Assembly (NCBI RefSeq): GCF_009914755.1
Contig: NC_060926.1
From: the human T2T-CHM13v2.0 reference genome, Homo sapiens
Direction: 5' to 3' (one strand)
Length of the DNA: 64,000 nt
Shown: positions 21,946-34,667 of the stretch, in pieces
Position numbering within the stretch: position 1 is the stretch's first letter
How the letters are laid out: every line of letters begins with the position of its first letter
The notes under the pieces: model-generated
The model's input: the letters and a program-made list of their open reading frames with translations, nothing else
What the model was told of the DNA's origin: nothing
Database searches by the model: none
Made by a program: the position numbers and the translations under genes

Positions 21946-22408
21946 TACTTTAAGTTCTGGGATACATGTGCAGAATGTGCAGGTTTGTGACATAGGTATA
22001 CATGTGCCATGGTGGTTTGCTGCACCCATCAACCCATCATCTACATTAGGCATTTCTTCTAATGCTATCCCTCCCCTAGCTCCCCACACCCTGACAGGCC
22101 CGTGATGTTCCCCTCCCTGTGTCCACGTGTTCTCATTGTTCAACTCCCACTTGTGAGTGAGAACATGGAGTGTTTGGTTTTCTGTTCCTGTGTTAGTCTG
22201 CTGAGAATGAAGGTTTCCAACTTCATCCATGTACCTACAAAGGACATGAACTCATCCTTTTTTGTGGCTGCATAGTATTCCATGTTGTATGTGTGCCACA
22301 TTTTCTTTATCCAGTCTACCATTGATGGGCATATGGGTTGGTTCCAACTCTTTGCTATTGTGAACAGTGCTGCAATAAACGTATGTGTGCATGTGTCTTT
22401 ATAGTAGA
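21887..22408 (-). mobile_element. 5'-truncated L1PA (L1PA7-like) 3' end
   Basis: 'atactttaagttctgggatacatgtgcagaatgtgcaggtttg'; 17-bp TSD GTGCATAC(A/G)AAGTACTT at 21870-21886 and 22409-22425. Confidence 0.93.
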
Positions 22409-23989
22409 GTGCATACGAAGTACTTATAATGCAAACATCCACGCTGCTCAAGCTAATGTTTAGCAGTTCTGAATATCCTGAGGTTTCTATTCCAAAAGCA
22501 GCTACACAAAATTAAAGAATGATTCATATACATCTTTTTAAAAATTCTGGGATGCTCTTTTACAATGACTTCATTTCCAGGAAATATCTACAATTTCCAC
22601 AAATCTGTATTTCCAATGAACTCAGGGCAGTTTGATAAAGAAAAATATGCCCAGTTTGAATCTAAATACTCAACTTCATTCAATAAATTACAGGTCTTTC
22701 TATTCCATCTCGGTGCTGAAAAAAAAATTACAGATCTTCTTTACTTTTCCCTCATAATTTCAAGGTTAATGTGTTCAGATGTTTTTTCACATCATTAAAG
22801 ATATACAATTCTTTGAGTCATTGGGAGCCTGATGGATGGGGTCTCTCAGGGCATATTCATTTTCCAAAATCATTGATCTGAGAACAAAGTTAAGTAAACC
22901 TCCTCTGACTACATTAAATAAAATAAACTTCTATTTTCTGCTTCAAGTTATTGAAGTATTCCTTAAGCTAGCACTGATGAAAGTATAGTCCTGAAAAAAA
23001 TTCAGTCTTGCTTACCTTATCTAACCATGTGAGAAAACAGATATAAACATTCACAGGAGAAAATTCGTGAATAGAAGATCAATGGAAGTTGGGGTCGCTC
23101 ATATTCTTTGTTGATATAAATGTAGATGCCAGTTCTTTTAATTGGTGTGGCTCACCTGTGGCATGTAAACTAAGTTTTTCCAAGGTATTGTATATATTAT
23201 CAGGGAGAAGGGGAGCCCACTAGAAATTACCCCAGGATCAAATAACACATTGACTGAGATATACAGTAAATATTTTTGATCCTTTCCCATTCTCATAGGC
23301 AGGATCAGAAAATAGAGGCCTTGGACCCCCTCATAGTAAGTAAAAGACAAAGGAGAAATTAAGGACTGCTCGCCAAGGCCCATAGCCACGAGCAGGATTT
23401 ACCCTACCCCCATGCAGCAAGGTCTGGTCAAGGAGAAGTTGCAAGGGCACATATTTGTCATGGGCATGAGCAACTTACAAAAATACTGCCCCTGAGCCAT
23501 AAGCCACAAGCCAAACCTGCTCTGTGTGATTTATGACTTGTTTGTTTCCACTTAACAGCCAGGTTTGTTAAAGGACAGTTTTGTTCCCAGACGAATCATC
23601 AGTGAATGAAGGCCGTGGAAGTGTTGCAACTTGAAAATTGACTCAGACATGAATATGCAAATTATATTCAGACACAAAATAGATAAAAGCAGCTTATAAG
23701 CAAGCCAGGATGGGGGCTTTAGGGAAATTCCAGTAGAAAATACAGTCAGAGATAAATTTGAAGATGGATTTTTTTTTACTTTGTCTGGTTTTCCTCCTTT
23801 TATTTACCCTCTTTAGCTTAATTAAATAATCAGTCCAGCCTAGATGGACTGATGAGAACTAGGCCTGGATGAGAATATTTACATTAATGAGGCAAACCCT
23901 CCAGTCTCCTTCTGTTCTTTCTTGTCCAAGAGAAGTGTTTAATATTTCAGAAGTATCTGACTGAATAGTGCAATATAAATCAGGTAGGA

Positions 23990-25860
23990 TGACTTCTGAG
24001 CTTCTGGTTCAAGATGGCTGACAGATCACATGTGGCAACCTCTTTCTTCACCCCAAATTCTTAGAAAGGATAACTTACTCTGGAAAATAAGATGTACCCT
24101 CAGTGGACCAAAAATCGGGAAAAAAAATCACTAAAACATAGAACGTGTATAGAATTAGACTGAAGAAGAAAACCACAAGCAACATGCACACAGGAGAGGG
24201 CAAATAAAAAAGGTGAGATAACTCTACCGGGCATACCCTACCAGGAAGGAGCAGTTACTCACAGGACGACGGTATACTGGAATCACTAACAGGCTTATTA
24301 TTTAAGGTCCCGCAGAAAGAGCCACCAGGTATATGGAATCTTCCTCTCCTTCCAACTTCCCACCTTCCCACCCTTCCTTCTCATACTTGCAGGGTTGTCA
24401 GTTGCCCAAGGCAATTAGGCAACAGAGCTGTTTGCCCTTAGAGATGAGCAATGAGTATGTGCATTTGGACAGAGAAGCAGTCTAACTATCAAAGTAACAT
24501 AGCTGGCAGTCATTGGCCCTTCCCTAGGCTCACTACACACACAAAGTATAAGTGCAGCATCACGGAATGCCTCTCTCTCCTGCCTCTCACCCTATCCTAT
24601 GTACACTTGTGAGTACATAATGAATGAATAGCAATTAACAGGAAAAAACAAATACAAAGAATCACTTGCAATCACAAATCATTAAACATGTGAGAAAAGC
24701 TAGCACCATTAAAAAGAGGCACTCTCAAACTCAATGAATAGATGAATCTGACTAATGGAAAACAGAGGTAATAAGCTGAGCAGAAAAAACAACCACAAGA
24801 CAAAGTTAAAGGAGACATATTCAGAGAAAATATTTGCAATGAATATGAAAGGAATAGTATGCAGGATATAAAAAGAATTTCAATAAGTCAAAAGGAAAAA
24901 GCTGTCCCCACCATGTTAGAATACAGTTAGAGGACAGCCATCTGCAAATCAGGAAGACAGCCCTCATCAGAACCCAGCCATGCTGGCACTCTAATCTCAA
25001 ACATCCCAGCCTCCAGAACAGTGAGAAATAAAAGTCTGTTATTTAAGTTAAGAAGAAGGAGACAGAGGAGGAGAATGAGGAGGAGACAAACAATGCAATA
25101 CGAAAATAGACAAATTTTCTAAAGAAATAATTAATAGAAATAAAAATATAGAAACAGTTTAACCTCTCTACTAATTGAAGAAATGAAAATTGAAATGAAA
25201 TATTTTTACCTTTGAGTTAAATGTTTCTTAATATAAAATGATGGCAAAAATAAGGGGAAATAGTTGTTACATAATGATTCAGACAATTTGGAGGGAGATT
25301 GGGAAATATCTGCTAAAATTAAAGTTTTAGATTCTTTGACAAAGCCATTTCATTGCTCTGTATCAATTCTAGAGAAACATTCACATCTGTACAGAGTCAT
25401 GTGTATAAAAACATTTGTGGCCACATTATTGTAATAATAAAATCTTAGAAATAACCTTAGTGTCTGTGAGTAGGGTAATTATTAAATAATATGGCACATG
25501 CATATTATAGAAAATAAACAGACAGAATGAGTTTTCTCCATTTATACCAATATGGAAAACTCTCTAAGATATGTTAAGTGAATAAAGCCATTTTAGAACA
25601 GTACATACAATAAATTCCATTTGTGTGAAAAATTAAAACATAAAAATATTATAATTTCACAAGTACACATGTGCATGTAAATATGTATGTAAAAATTCGA
25701 AGGGATACACACATATAATTCACCCTGGAGAGGAAAATGAGAAGTGGCAAACGGGGATTTCAGCATTATTTGCAGTACTTGAATTATTTATAAACAGAAT
25801 GTATACACATATTACTTGTACAAAAGGTAAAAACTTCTATATGTAGAAATAAAATTAAAT
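23990..25860 (+). mobile_element. Old L1M 5' and 3' fragments with a MaLR LTR piece at about 24905-25050
   Basis: 'acttctgagcttctggttcaagatggctgac' (L1M 5'); 'agaaaatatttgcaatg' (ORF2 3'); 'cccagcctccagaacagtgagaaataaa' (MaLR). Confidence 0.6.
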
Positions 25861-26647
25861 GATTGATCTAATAGGGAGATAATTACCTATAAACTGAATA
25901 AAGAAAACTCATCACCCAGGATACCAACACAAGAAGCATTGGTGGCTATTTTTGCATAAAAGATGAAAGAAAGCAGCCATAAAAAAGTTTATGTTCTTCC
26001 CCCAAGGAAAAGAATGGCAATCAATGACAAGTCACAGCTGCATAGACGCAGCCCCATCTATGTGCTGACTCAGGAGGTAACGCAGTGCTTCCTCTCTTTG
26101 ATTACCAGGGGTCTTGACTTCTGTACTAAAGTAAGAGAGAAAAATAATCTCTAAAAAACAGTTTTAATAAATATCACCTTTGCTGAGGGTAGGAAAACGA
26201 CACTAATTTCACTGACAGACAGATTATCTCACACCACTGGCTTTTCAGAAAAATTGTGAAGCATGTCTGTAAGACAGCCCTTTAAAAAGACAATACTCTA
26301 TGAAGTATTTTAAACACTGTTAACTAGAATTTTCTTTGTTAGTTTATGTCCCGGCATTCATAATTATGAGTTGCACATGATAAGCAAACAAAAGCCACTA
26401 CCATTCAACTGATAGCATCATTTTCTCAACAGTTACTGGTTGTTCTGAGAATACTGACAGGCCCCTGACAAGTTTACTGGGTGAAAGAGTGCTAATTCCT
26501 GCATTAATAAGGAGAGACTTTTGTCATTAATAAGTCTTTGAAGTAGAAAAAAAAAAACCCAAATTGGTTAAGAGGCATGATCCTAATCCCAAAGCCACAA
26601 AAGAATGAGAAAGCTTCAGAGGGATAAGCCTACAATCTCTGCCTAGA

Positions 26648-27050
26648 TCAATCAGGCTAGACTAGACTATGCTACCATAACAAACATCCCCCAAATCTCA
26701 GTGGCTTCAAACAATAAAAATCTCTTTATTGCTAATACTACATGTCCATCGTAAGTCAGCAAGGAGGTCCTGTACATCACAGTCACTCAGGAACTCATAC
26801 TAACAGAGCAACTGCCATTCAGAAAGTTGCCACTCCCACCATGCAGATAGAAAGACAGAGAATTCTGGAGGATCTTGCACTGGTAATAAAATGTTCTGGC
26901 CCAGAAGTGACACACATCACTTCTGATCATTGGCCAGAGCTAGGTATATGGGCCCACTTAATCAAAGGATGCAAGAAAGTGCAATTCTGCCATGTGCCCA
27001 GAAGAGAGAAGAGCTATAAATAGTTGGCAAACAACATTAATAACTCACAT
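26648..27050 (-). mobile_element. MaLR LTR (MLT1J/K-like)
   Basis: 'actatgctaccataacaaacatcccccaaatctcagtggcttcaaacaataaaa', 'ggcccagaagtgacacacatcacttctgatcattggccaga'. Confidence 0.75.
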
Positions 27051-27289
27051 TAGCCTGGCCCAGGGGCATCAGAGACATCTATATTGAGGATCCCAGGCCA
27101 ACACCAAGTTGAAGCACAGGTCTGGAGAGAACCTGGAGGCCTCAGGTTGGCTTAACCAAGAAGTAGAAAAAACTCATCCTGCCCAAGAATCTTAACATAA
27201 GTGGAAAAATCCAGTAATGTCTAGTTTAGAATAATCTGTGCATGTAGGTGATGCTGGGATGTTTCTCCAAATTCCTCACAAATGATTCA

Positions 27290-28300
27290 TGATCAGTAAT
27301 TTTCAAAGCTAGCTGGTCATCAGAATCACTGGGGATGCTTTAGAAACTAGGAATGTCCAAGATCAACAAACCAGCAGGAAAAAAAAAAAAAAGAAAGAAA
27401 AAAAGAGATGTCTGAGTCTTATTCCTAAGAATTTTAATTCAATATACAGTTGGAATAGGTCCCAAGAATCTACATACTTAATCCTCTGTAGTAAAATAAA
27501 AAGGCTTATTTGGTCCTTGTCCCCCATTTCTGGCACTGAGCTTCTAATACCCTTGGAATTTTCTGACTGTTAGAAGTGTTAGGGATGTCTCGTTATTCAT
27601 AACAAGCTCTTTTCAAACATATCTGAGTCTATACTAATGAGGTGACTCAGGGTGGGCCTGAGATAGCTTCTCATGGGTTCCAGGGGGATCAGCCATGTGA
27701 GTGGAGGGTTGAAACTTTGAGCTACACAGTTCCACTCTTGAACCTCTCGGGAGGGGAGTGGAGCTGGAAATTGAGTCAAATTACAAATGGCCAATAATTT
27801 AATCAATTATGCCCTTGTAACAGAATCTCCATTAAAAAAAAAAACACCCTAAAAGATGGGGCTCAGAGAGCTTCCAAACTGGCAAACACATCCCCAAAGG
27901 CTCTTGCACTTGGGACCCTCCCAAACCTTGTGCTATGTACCTTTTCACCTAGCTGTTCATTTGTATCCTTTATAATCAACTTCAATAGTAAATATAGCAT
28001 TTTTCTGAGTTCTGTGAATTGTTCTAACAAATTATCAAAACTTGGGCCAGGAGAAGCTATGAGAACCCCCAAGTTTGTGGCCAATTTGGTAACTTTGGGG
28101 GCTTGATACTTGTGACTGGCTCCTGAAGTGAGAGCAGTCTTGTGGGTCTGAGACCTTAACCCTGTGTTGCCTGACACTCACTCCAGGCAGTTAGTGTCAA
28201 AATTGAATTAATAGATGAGTCAGAGAATTCGTTGAGTAGAGGACACCTCTTACTTCACACCCCAGGGATTCTCATGATCATTAGGTTTGGTGACTTCTGC
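27290..28300. mobile_element. MER5-type hAT MITE split by a MER21 LTR
   Basis: 'catcagaatcactggggatgcttt' on the left; 'ccccagggattctcatg...aggtttggtgacttctg' on the right. Confidence 0.55.
27487..28245 (+). mobile_element. MER21-family solo LTR
   Basis: TG...CA termini with 4-bp TSD CCTC (27483-27486 and 28246-28249); 'ggcactgagcttctaatacccttggaattt', 'ttctgagttctgtgaattgttctaacaaattatcaaa'. Confidence 0.8.
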
Positions 28301-28512
28301 TGAAGACATTGAGTCATCCAGCCGTCCTTATGCAGGGTGATTTACCAGCATGTCCAACCTCACAGAGCGCTGAGACTACTGAGTGACCAGGAGACTCACA
28401 GGGAACCACTGAGCTCCAGCAAAATAGAGTGAAAGAAACACTGGCTGAGAGTCAGAAAGCCCACAACTCGGTCCTTGTTCTGGTTACCTAGTGTTGTGTA
28501 GAAAACCATCCC

Positions 28513-28832
<320 letters not shown>

Positions 28833-29285
28833 TCAGTGGCTTCACATAGCAACAAACATCTAGTTTGCTCATTAATCTGCATTTTGGGGAGAACTCTGAG
28901 CAGACGGCTGTTCTTGTTCCATGTATTTCCAACAAGGAAGTCTTGAATGGAGCTGGAGGATCCACTTCCTAGTTAGCTCCAAAATGCTGACTGTCGGCAG
29001 AGGCTGCTGACCAGGGACCCTAACTCCTTCCCACATGTGTCTCTGGGGCTGCTGAAGCTTCCTCGCAGTATGGCATTTGGGTTCCGAGAGTCCAGATTCC
29101 CAGAGCAGGAAGTGGAAGCCGCTGGTCCCGTAAGGCCTGAGGCCATAAACTGGCACAGTGTCACTTAGGCAGGCCAAGCAATTACAGAACCTGTCCAGAA
29201 TCGGGGTGGGGTGGGGCGAAGTGGTGCGGGAGGGATGTAGTTCCCACCACTAAATGGGAGAAATGTCAAGGCATTTTCGGTCACC

Positions 29286-29873
29286 TTGTTTGTTTTCCAG
29301 TCACCTTTCCCAGCCTCCTCGCCCCTCCCCCCAGTTATTATATTTTACTTTTCCCCTTCCCACCCCTGCCCTTTGCATCCAACAGGGGGCGGCAGCGGCG
29401 GTGAGGAAGACACGAGTCCCAGGGAGTCCTAGGAGCGCGCAGTGGGTGGGGCTGGACAGCGAGTTCCACTTCCATGCCGCCTGCGTGGGCCTCGCGCCTA
29501 CAGATGGCCAACCTGCTGTACCACAGCCAGCACCACATCAAGATTTGGTTCCAGAACCGGCGCATGAAGTACAAGTAGGATTATGGGCCAAGGAGATGGC
29601 CTCGTTGTGGGGGGCCCCTCTCCCTGGCAGAGCAAGCCGTCCACGCCGACTTCAGAAACGCCCTGCAGTCCATGACCCCCGCCCTCCTTCCGCAAAGCCC
29701 ACCAGAATGCCTACTCGCTGCCCTCCAACTACCAGCCACCTCTCCAAGGCTGCGGTGCCCCGCAGAAGCAGCCACCCCCAACCCTGGCGCCCAATTATAA
29801 GCCCCAGGTCCTCCAAGCCAACTGAGACGCCTACAGGACGCCCACCATGTAGGGCAGCCCTGTGTACCTGGGC
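29286..29873 (+). pseudogene. HOXB3 (pseudogene): HOXB3-derived pseudogene fragment: putative intron 3' end, Gly linker, homeodomain and part of the C-terminus (strand given is the coding sense)
   Basis: Across frameshifts it reads [25 protein letters not shown] (29434-29472), [24 protein letters not shown] (29504-29578), AKEMAS and DFRNALQSMTP. It then reads [58 protein letters not shown] (29694-29873). Recalled HOXB3 reads [38 protein letters not shown] and [59 protein letters not shown]. Stops at 29430, 29576, 29823 and 29850. Confidence 0.93.
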
Positions 29874-30497
29874 CAATTCGCTGTCATTTTTAATCCACCA
29901 TAATCCTTGCTCTGACCTGTGGGCCTCAGGCTTCTCACCTGTGAAATTAGAGTCAAATTGGATTATCTTTGAGGTCCCCACCAATCTTCAAAGGCTGTGA
30001 ATCACTGGTTCTGATGTATAATTTGCTGACTGACAAGTACAGTCTGTGAGTCCACATCCTTTGTAGGCTTGTACATGGTGACAGCTGATCTCAGCCAGCC
30101 AGACACACAGAGCTCCCGGGCAGCAACGACGCTACACACCCAGGCTCCTCTGCATTTCCCTCCAAACTCACTGCTGTTTTTCTTCACGAAGCCGAAGTCG
30201 TCTTCTAATTCCTGGAACCTGACAACACTGGCCCTGAGGGTTTCCTAACCTTCCACATCATTCTTGCCCTTTCTCATGGGCAATAACTCATAAGCAAAAC
30301 GTGTAACCAGTGGAGGAGATTTCAAAAAGAGATCAACACAGCTCGCAAGTGGAATGAAAGGGTTCAATGAGTGGGCTCTAGATCCAGACAATCTGGGTCC
30401 AAACACCTGCACCATCACATCCTAGCTGTGAAACCTGGTGTAGAGTGACTTCACCTTTTTAAATTTCATTTTTTCCATTTTTAAAATGGTAATAGAA

Positions 30498-31132
<635 letters not shown>

Positions 31133-32379
31133 TCATAGAGTTGTACCAAGGGTTACCTGAGATATGCATATAAGACACATAGAGCCTACTCCCTAACAGG
31201 CACTTGATAAATATTAGCCATTGTTTTTACTAAATCTTAATGCAACATTCATCCTGACCATTGTTTGCTCTTCACTTCCCAGAGGCAAAGAGAGTGGACC
31301 TTGTGGGAGCAAGCAGTAGGAGGCTCAGAACTGCCGTACTGCAGTAGGCCTGGCCACTGACCACTGCCTCCTCCACATCCCCAGAGAAAAGAAAAGATGA
31401 CAGAGATAGCATCTCACTCCTGCTCTCCAAGCATCAGAGTGGGAATCCCACATTAGCCAGGCATCACTGGTCAGTCATTTTCTGATCCCAGTGTGGACAA
31501 ACATCTCATATCCTAGGCCACCCAGAGCCTGGGCAGATTTGTTGAGTGTCTACCATGAGCCCACCAGATGCTGAATGTGCTGAGGCTAGCCAGCCAAGCG
31601 TCCTGCCCTCACGGAGAACATGTTCCATTGCTCTACCCTACTTGAAAGGCACCCCTTTCAGAGGCATGGGTATAGAGGCGTTTGGCTGACTCGTTCTGGT
31701 CTGCTCTGACCTCCCATTTCACCTTCTAGATAGAATCTGCAGCTTTCTCTGATACTTGAAAGCTGGCTTGACAGACTGTCTTAGGGTTGGGGGTATGGGA
31801 TAGGACGGGGAAGATGTGTACTCTGTGGACAACACTTGTATGGACATGCAGGAATAGTTCAGTGATGCACTAAAGTGTAATTCCTCAGTGTTACTACAAA
31901 ACTGCCAGCTCATTTCTGAAGACATACGAAGTACAAACAAGCTTGCCTTGTTTGCTTTATCAATGCTGTACTGTAGTGCTGAGTTTAAGGAGGCGGCTGG
32001 CCCCAACATCTTGTAATAGCCCTGCTGACTCTGAGAGGTGGCTGCAGGTCTCACCAGTGCTTGCTGAACAAGGAAGAGAAGCAGTGTCAAATATTAAGGG
32101 AGGAATTCACATGTGGAAGAACCAGAAAACACAGCGTCTGGGGTTCTAAGGGGCAAAGGTCAGCTCTCAGGAAAGGAGGGACACAGGCTGGCTCAGTGAC
32201 AGCCATGCACACAGGGTTCTTGGCAGACACACATGCTCTGGTCCTTCCTTCACAGTCACTCCCTGTGTGGGATTCTTAACCACAACCTTCCTCAAGGCTT
32301 CTCTTCTCAGGTCACTCACCTACTTGCTGTGAGTACCCCATGCTGTGTCTCCTTGCTTGTAGATCCTAAAGCTATGCAG

Positions 32380-33820
32380 CCCAGACCTGTCCCTTGAGCC
32401 CTCTCCCCCATCTATCCAAGGCCTCCTGGACATCTTCCCCCAAAGGTCCCATGTCCCTTCAAACTCGAACTTTAAACTGTTATTAGGTGTTGAATTGGTA
32501 CCCCCTCCCCAAAAGATGTGTTGGAGCCTAACCTGTACCTGTAAATGTGACCTCATTTGAAAATAGGGTCTTTGCAGATGTAATCAAGAAGTCATTAGGG
32601 TGGTTCCTAATCCAATACATGCCCGGTATCCTTATAAGAAGAAGAAAATGTCATATGACATTTTGCAAAAATGCACAGAGATGCACAGAGAGGCTGTGTG
32701 ATGACAGAGGCAGAAGCTGGGGTGATGCAGCTGCAAGCCAAGAACACCAAGGACTGTCGGCCACTGCCAGAAGCCAGGGAGGAGGCCAGGAAGGAAGGCT
32801 TCTCCCCGTCAGGTTTCAGAGGGATTACGGCCCTGCTGGCACCTATATTTTGAACTTCCAGCCTCCAGAACTGTGAGAAAAGAGAAGATTTATTTTGTTT
32901 CAGCCACATAGTTAGTGTAACCTTGCTATGTCAGCCCTATGAAATGAGTGGCCGAAGCTGAGTTCATTTTTATTTTTCTCAAAGTGCCTTCTTTTCCAGT
33001 GTTTCTTATAATAAATGAAATGAGTTGCCAAATCAGAAATGTAAGGGTCATTTTTATTCTCCATCCCACCACAGCCCATCAAGCACCCAGTCATGTCAAC
33101 TTGATCTCCTTTGTACTTCGCTAATCTTTCCTTGATTGAGCTCACTTCTGTCTCTGCCCTGGTTCAGACTGATAACTTCATCAGGAGATTGTAGAAAACT
33201 CCTTTCTTTTGTGCCCCTGGCCAATTTCCCTTTATCTGACATCATCTCCTATCCCCACCCTAACCCATCTTTATTTTGTCAGTGTGATCCAAAGCCCTTC
33301 ATGTCACACCGTTGCTTAAGTCTTTTTTCAATAGTTCCCTGTGTCTACCTTCAATATAAATTCTAAACCCATGGGCATTACCTGCAGGACCCTACTTGAA
33401 TGATTTGGTTTCAGTATGATTGCTTCCATTTATTATCCTTCATATACTCCTTTCCTCAACCTTGAACTTTATGCTCAAGCAAGACTAAATTTCTTGAGAT
33501 TTTCAGAATACGTTCTCTTTGCTCTTGCAGGAGCTGGTCGTTATGCCAGAAACATCACTCTATCCTCTTATTTTCCTGGTAAATATCTATTCATCCTTCA
33601 GGTCTTTGATTAAGTGCTTTCTCAGTGGTGACTGCTTCCAGACTTTCCCCAGGCTATTTTGGGTAGGTTATATTCCCTCTGTTCTATGACAGTAATTATC
33701 TTCTTATACTGTAACTAGGCTGTTTACATGCTTGCTGCTGCCCTACACAATTTTAAGGGAATAGACTGTGGGGTTTCTTTTTTTGCATCTCTAATGTTTG
33801 GCATTCATTTCTTTCCTCTT
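32380..33820 (+). mobile_element. L2 fragments interrupted by MLT1
   Basis: 'cctcctggacatcttcc...cttcaaactcgaac', 'aatatctattcatccttcaggtct'. Confidence 0.6.
32478..32950 (+). mobile_element. MaLR LTR (MLT1C-like)
   Basis: 'gtgacctcatttgaaaatagggtctttgcagatgtaat', 'gcagctgcaagccaagaacacc', 'cttccagcctccagaactgtgag'. Confidence 0.88.
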
Positions 33821-33824
33821 TCAT

Positions 33825-34260
33825 TTATTCATTCAACAAATATTTGTTGCATTTAGCACCTACAATTACCTAAACATGTCTTTGGGAACACCATGAGGAA
33901 CACTACGCCTGCCCTCCTGGAACATACAGTCTAATTTGGAATAAGACTAAAGTAAACAGGTGATCACAAGGAAGCCAACAATACCACCAAGGAGATAGGT
34001 ACAAGCTGCTATAGGAATAGGTAGGGAGTACCTTGCTGAGCCTCAGAGATTCCCAAGGTGGATGAGGTTAAGGTGTATAAGAGGGCAGCCTTGTGTCAAG
34101 AATGCTCCTGGTCCTGTACAGCTGGAGAACAGAGGGAAACGGCAGAACAAGGGAACGGCTGGTGCCGCACGGACCAGATTCCAAGGGCCTTGTAAGTCAG
34201 CTAAAGAGAGCAGACTTTATCCTGAGGGCCCAGTGAGTCATAGGAGTGTTTCAAGTACTT
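33825..34260 (-). mobile_element. L2 3' end
   Basis: 'ttcattcaacaaatatttgttg', 'cctgccctcctggaacatacagtcta'. Confidence 0.65.
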
Positions 34261-34379
34261 TGTCCTTTTTTTCCCTTTTAAATTGCCTGTATCCAATAGC
34301 TTTTAATTAAAAAAAAAAAAATGCTTGTAATAGGCAAAACAGCCAAACATAGAGAAACAGGAAGTTTAAAATCACTTCT

Positions 34380-34630
34380 TATTTCTATGTCCTGAGGCAA
34401 CTTACACCGTTAAACTGTGCTTATCCAAATTGGTATAAATACATGCAAACACAGAACAGACATGTGTGTTGAGTTTTGTTTTGCTTGTTCAACATTTTTA
34501 TAACGATTGAGTCATAGTATACACATTTTCTCATAACTTGCTTTTTTCATTTAATATAAGACTAGCATGTCTCTCCATGCATAAACATATATATGTAATA
34601 TATAACATATAGATTCACATGTTGAGAATA

Positions 34631-34667
<37 letters not shown>

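Noticed and set aside
29386-29873. Functional homeobox gene
   Set aside because: Four in-frame stops, frameshifts within the homeodomain, deleted N-terminal arm, and no upstream exon or C-terminal end.
29874-30050. Poly(A) tail of a conventional sense processed pseudogene
   Set aside because: None present; the sequence resumes directly with the MLT1 terminus and MIR.
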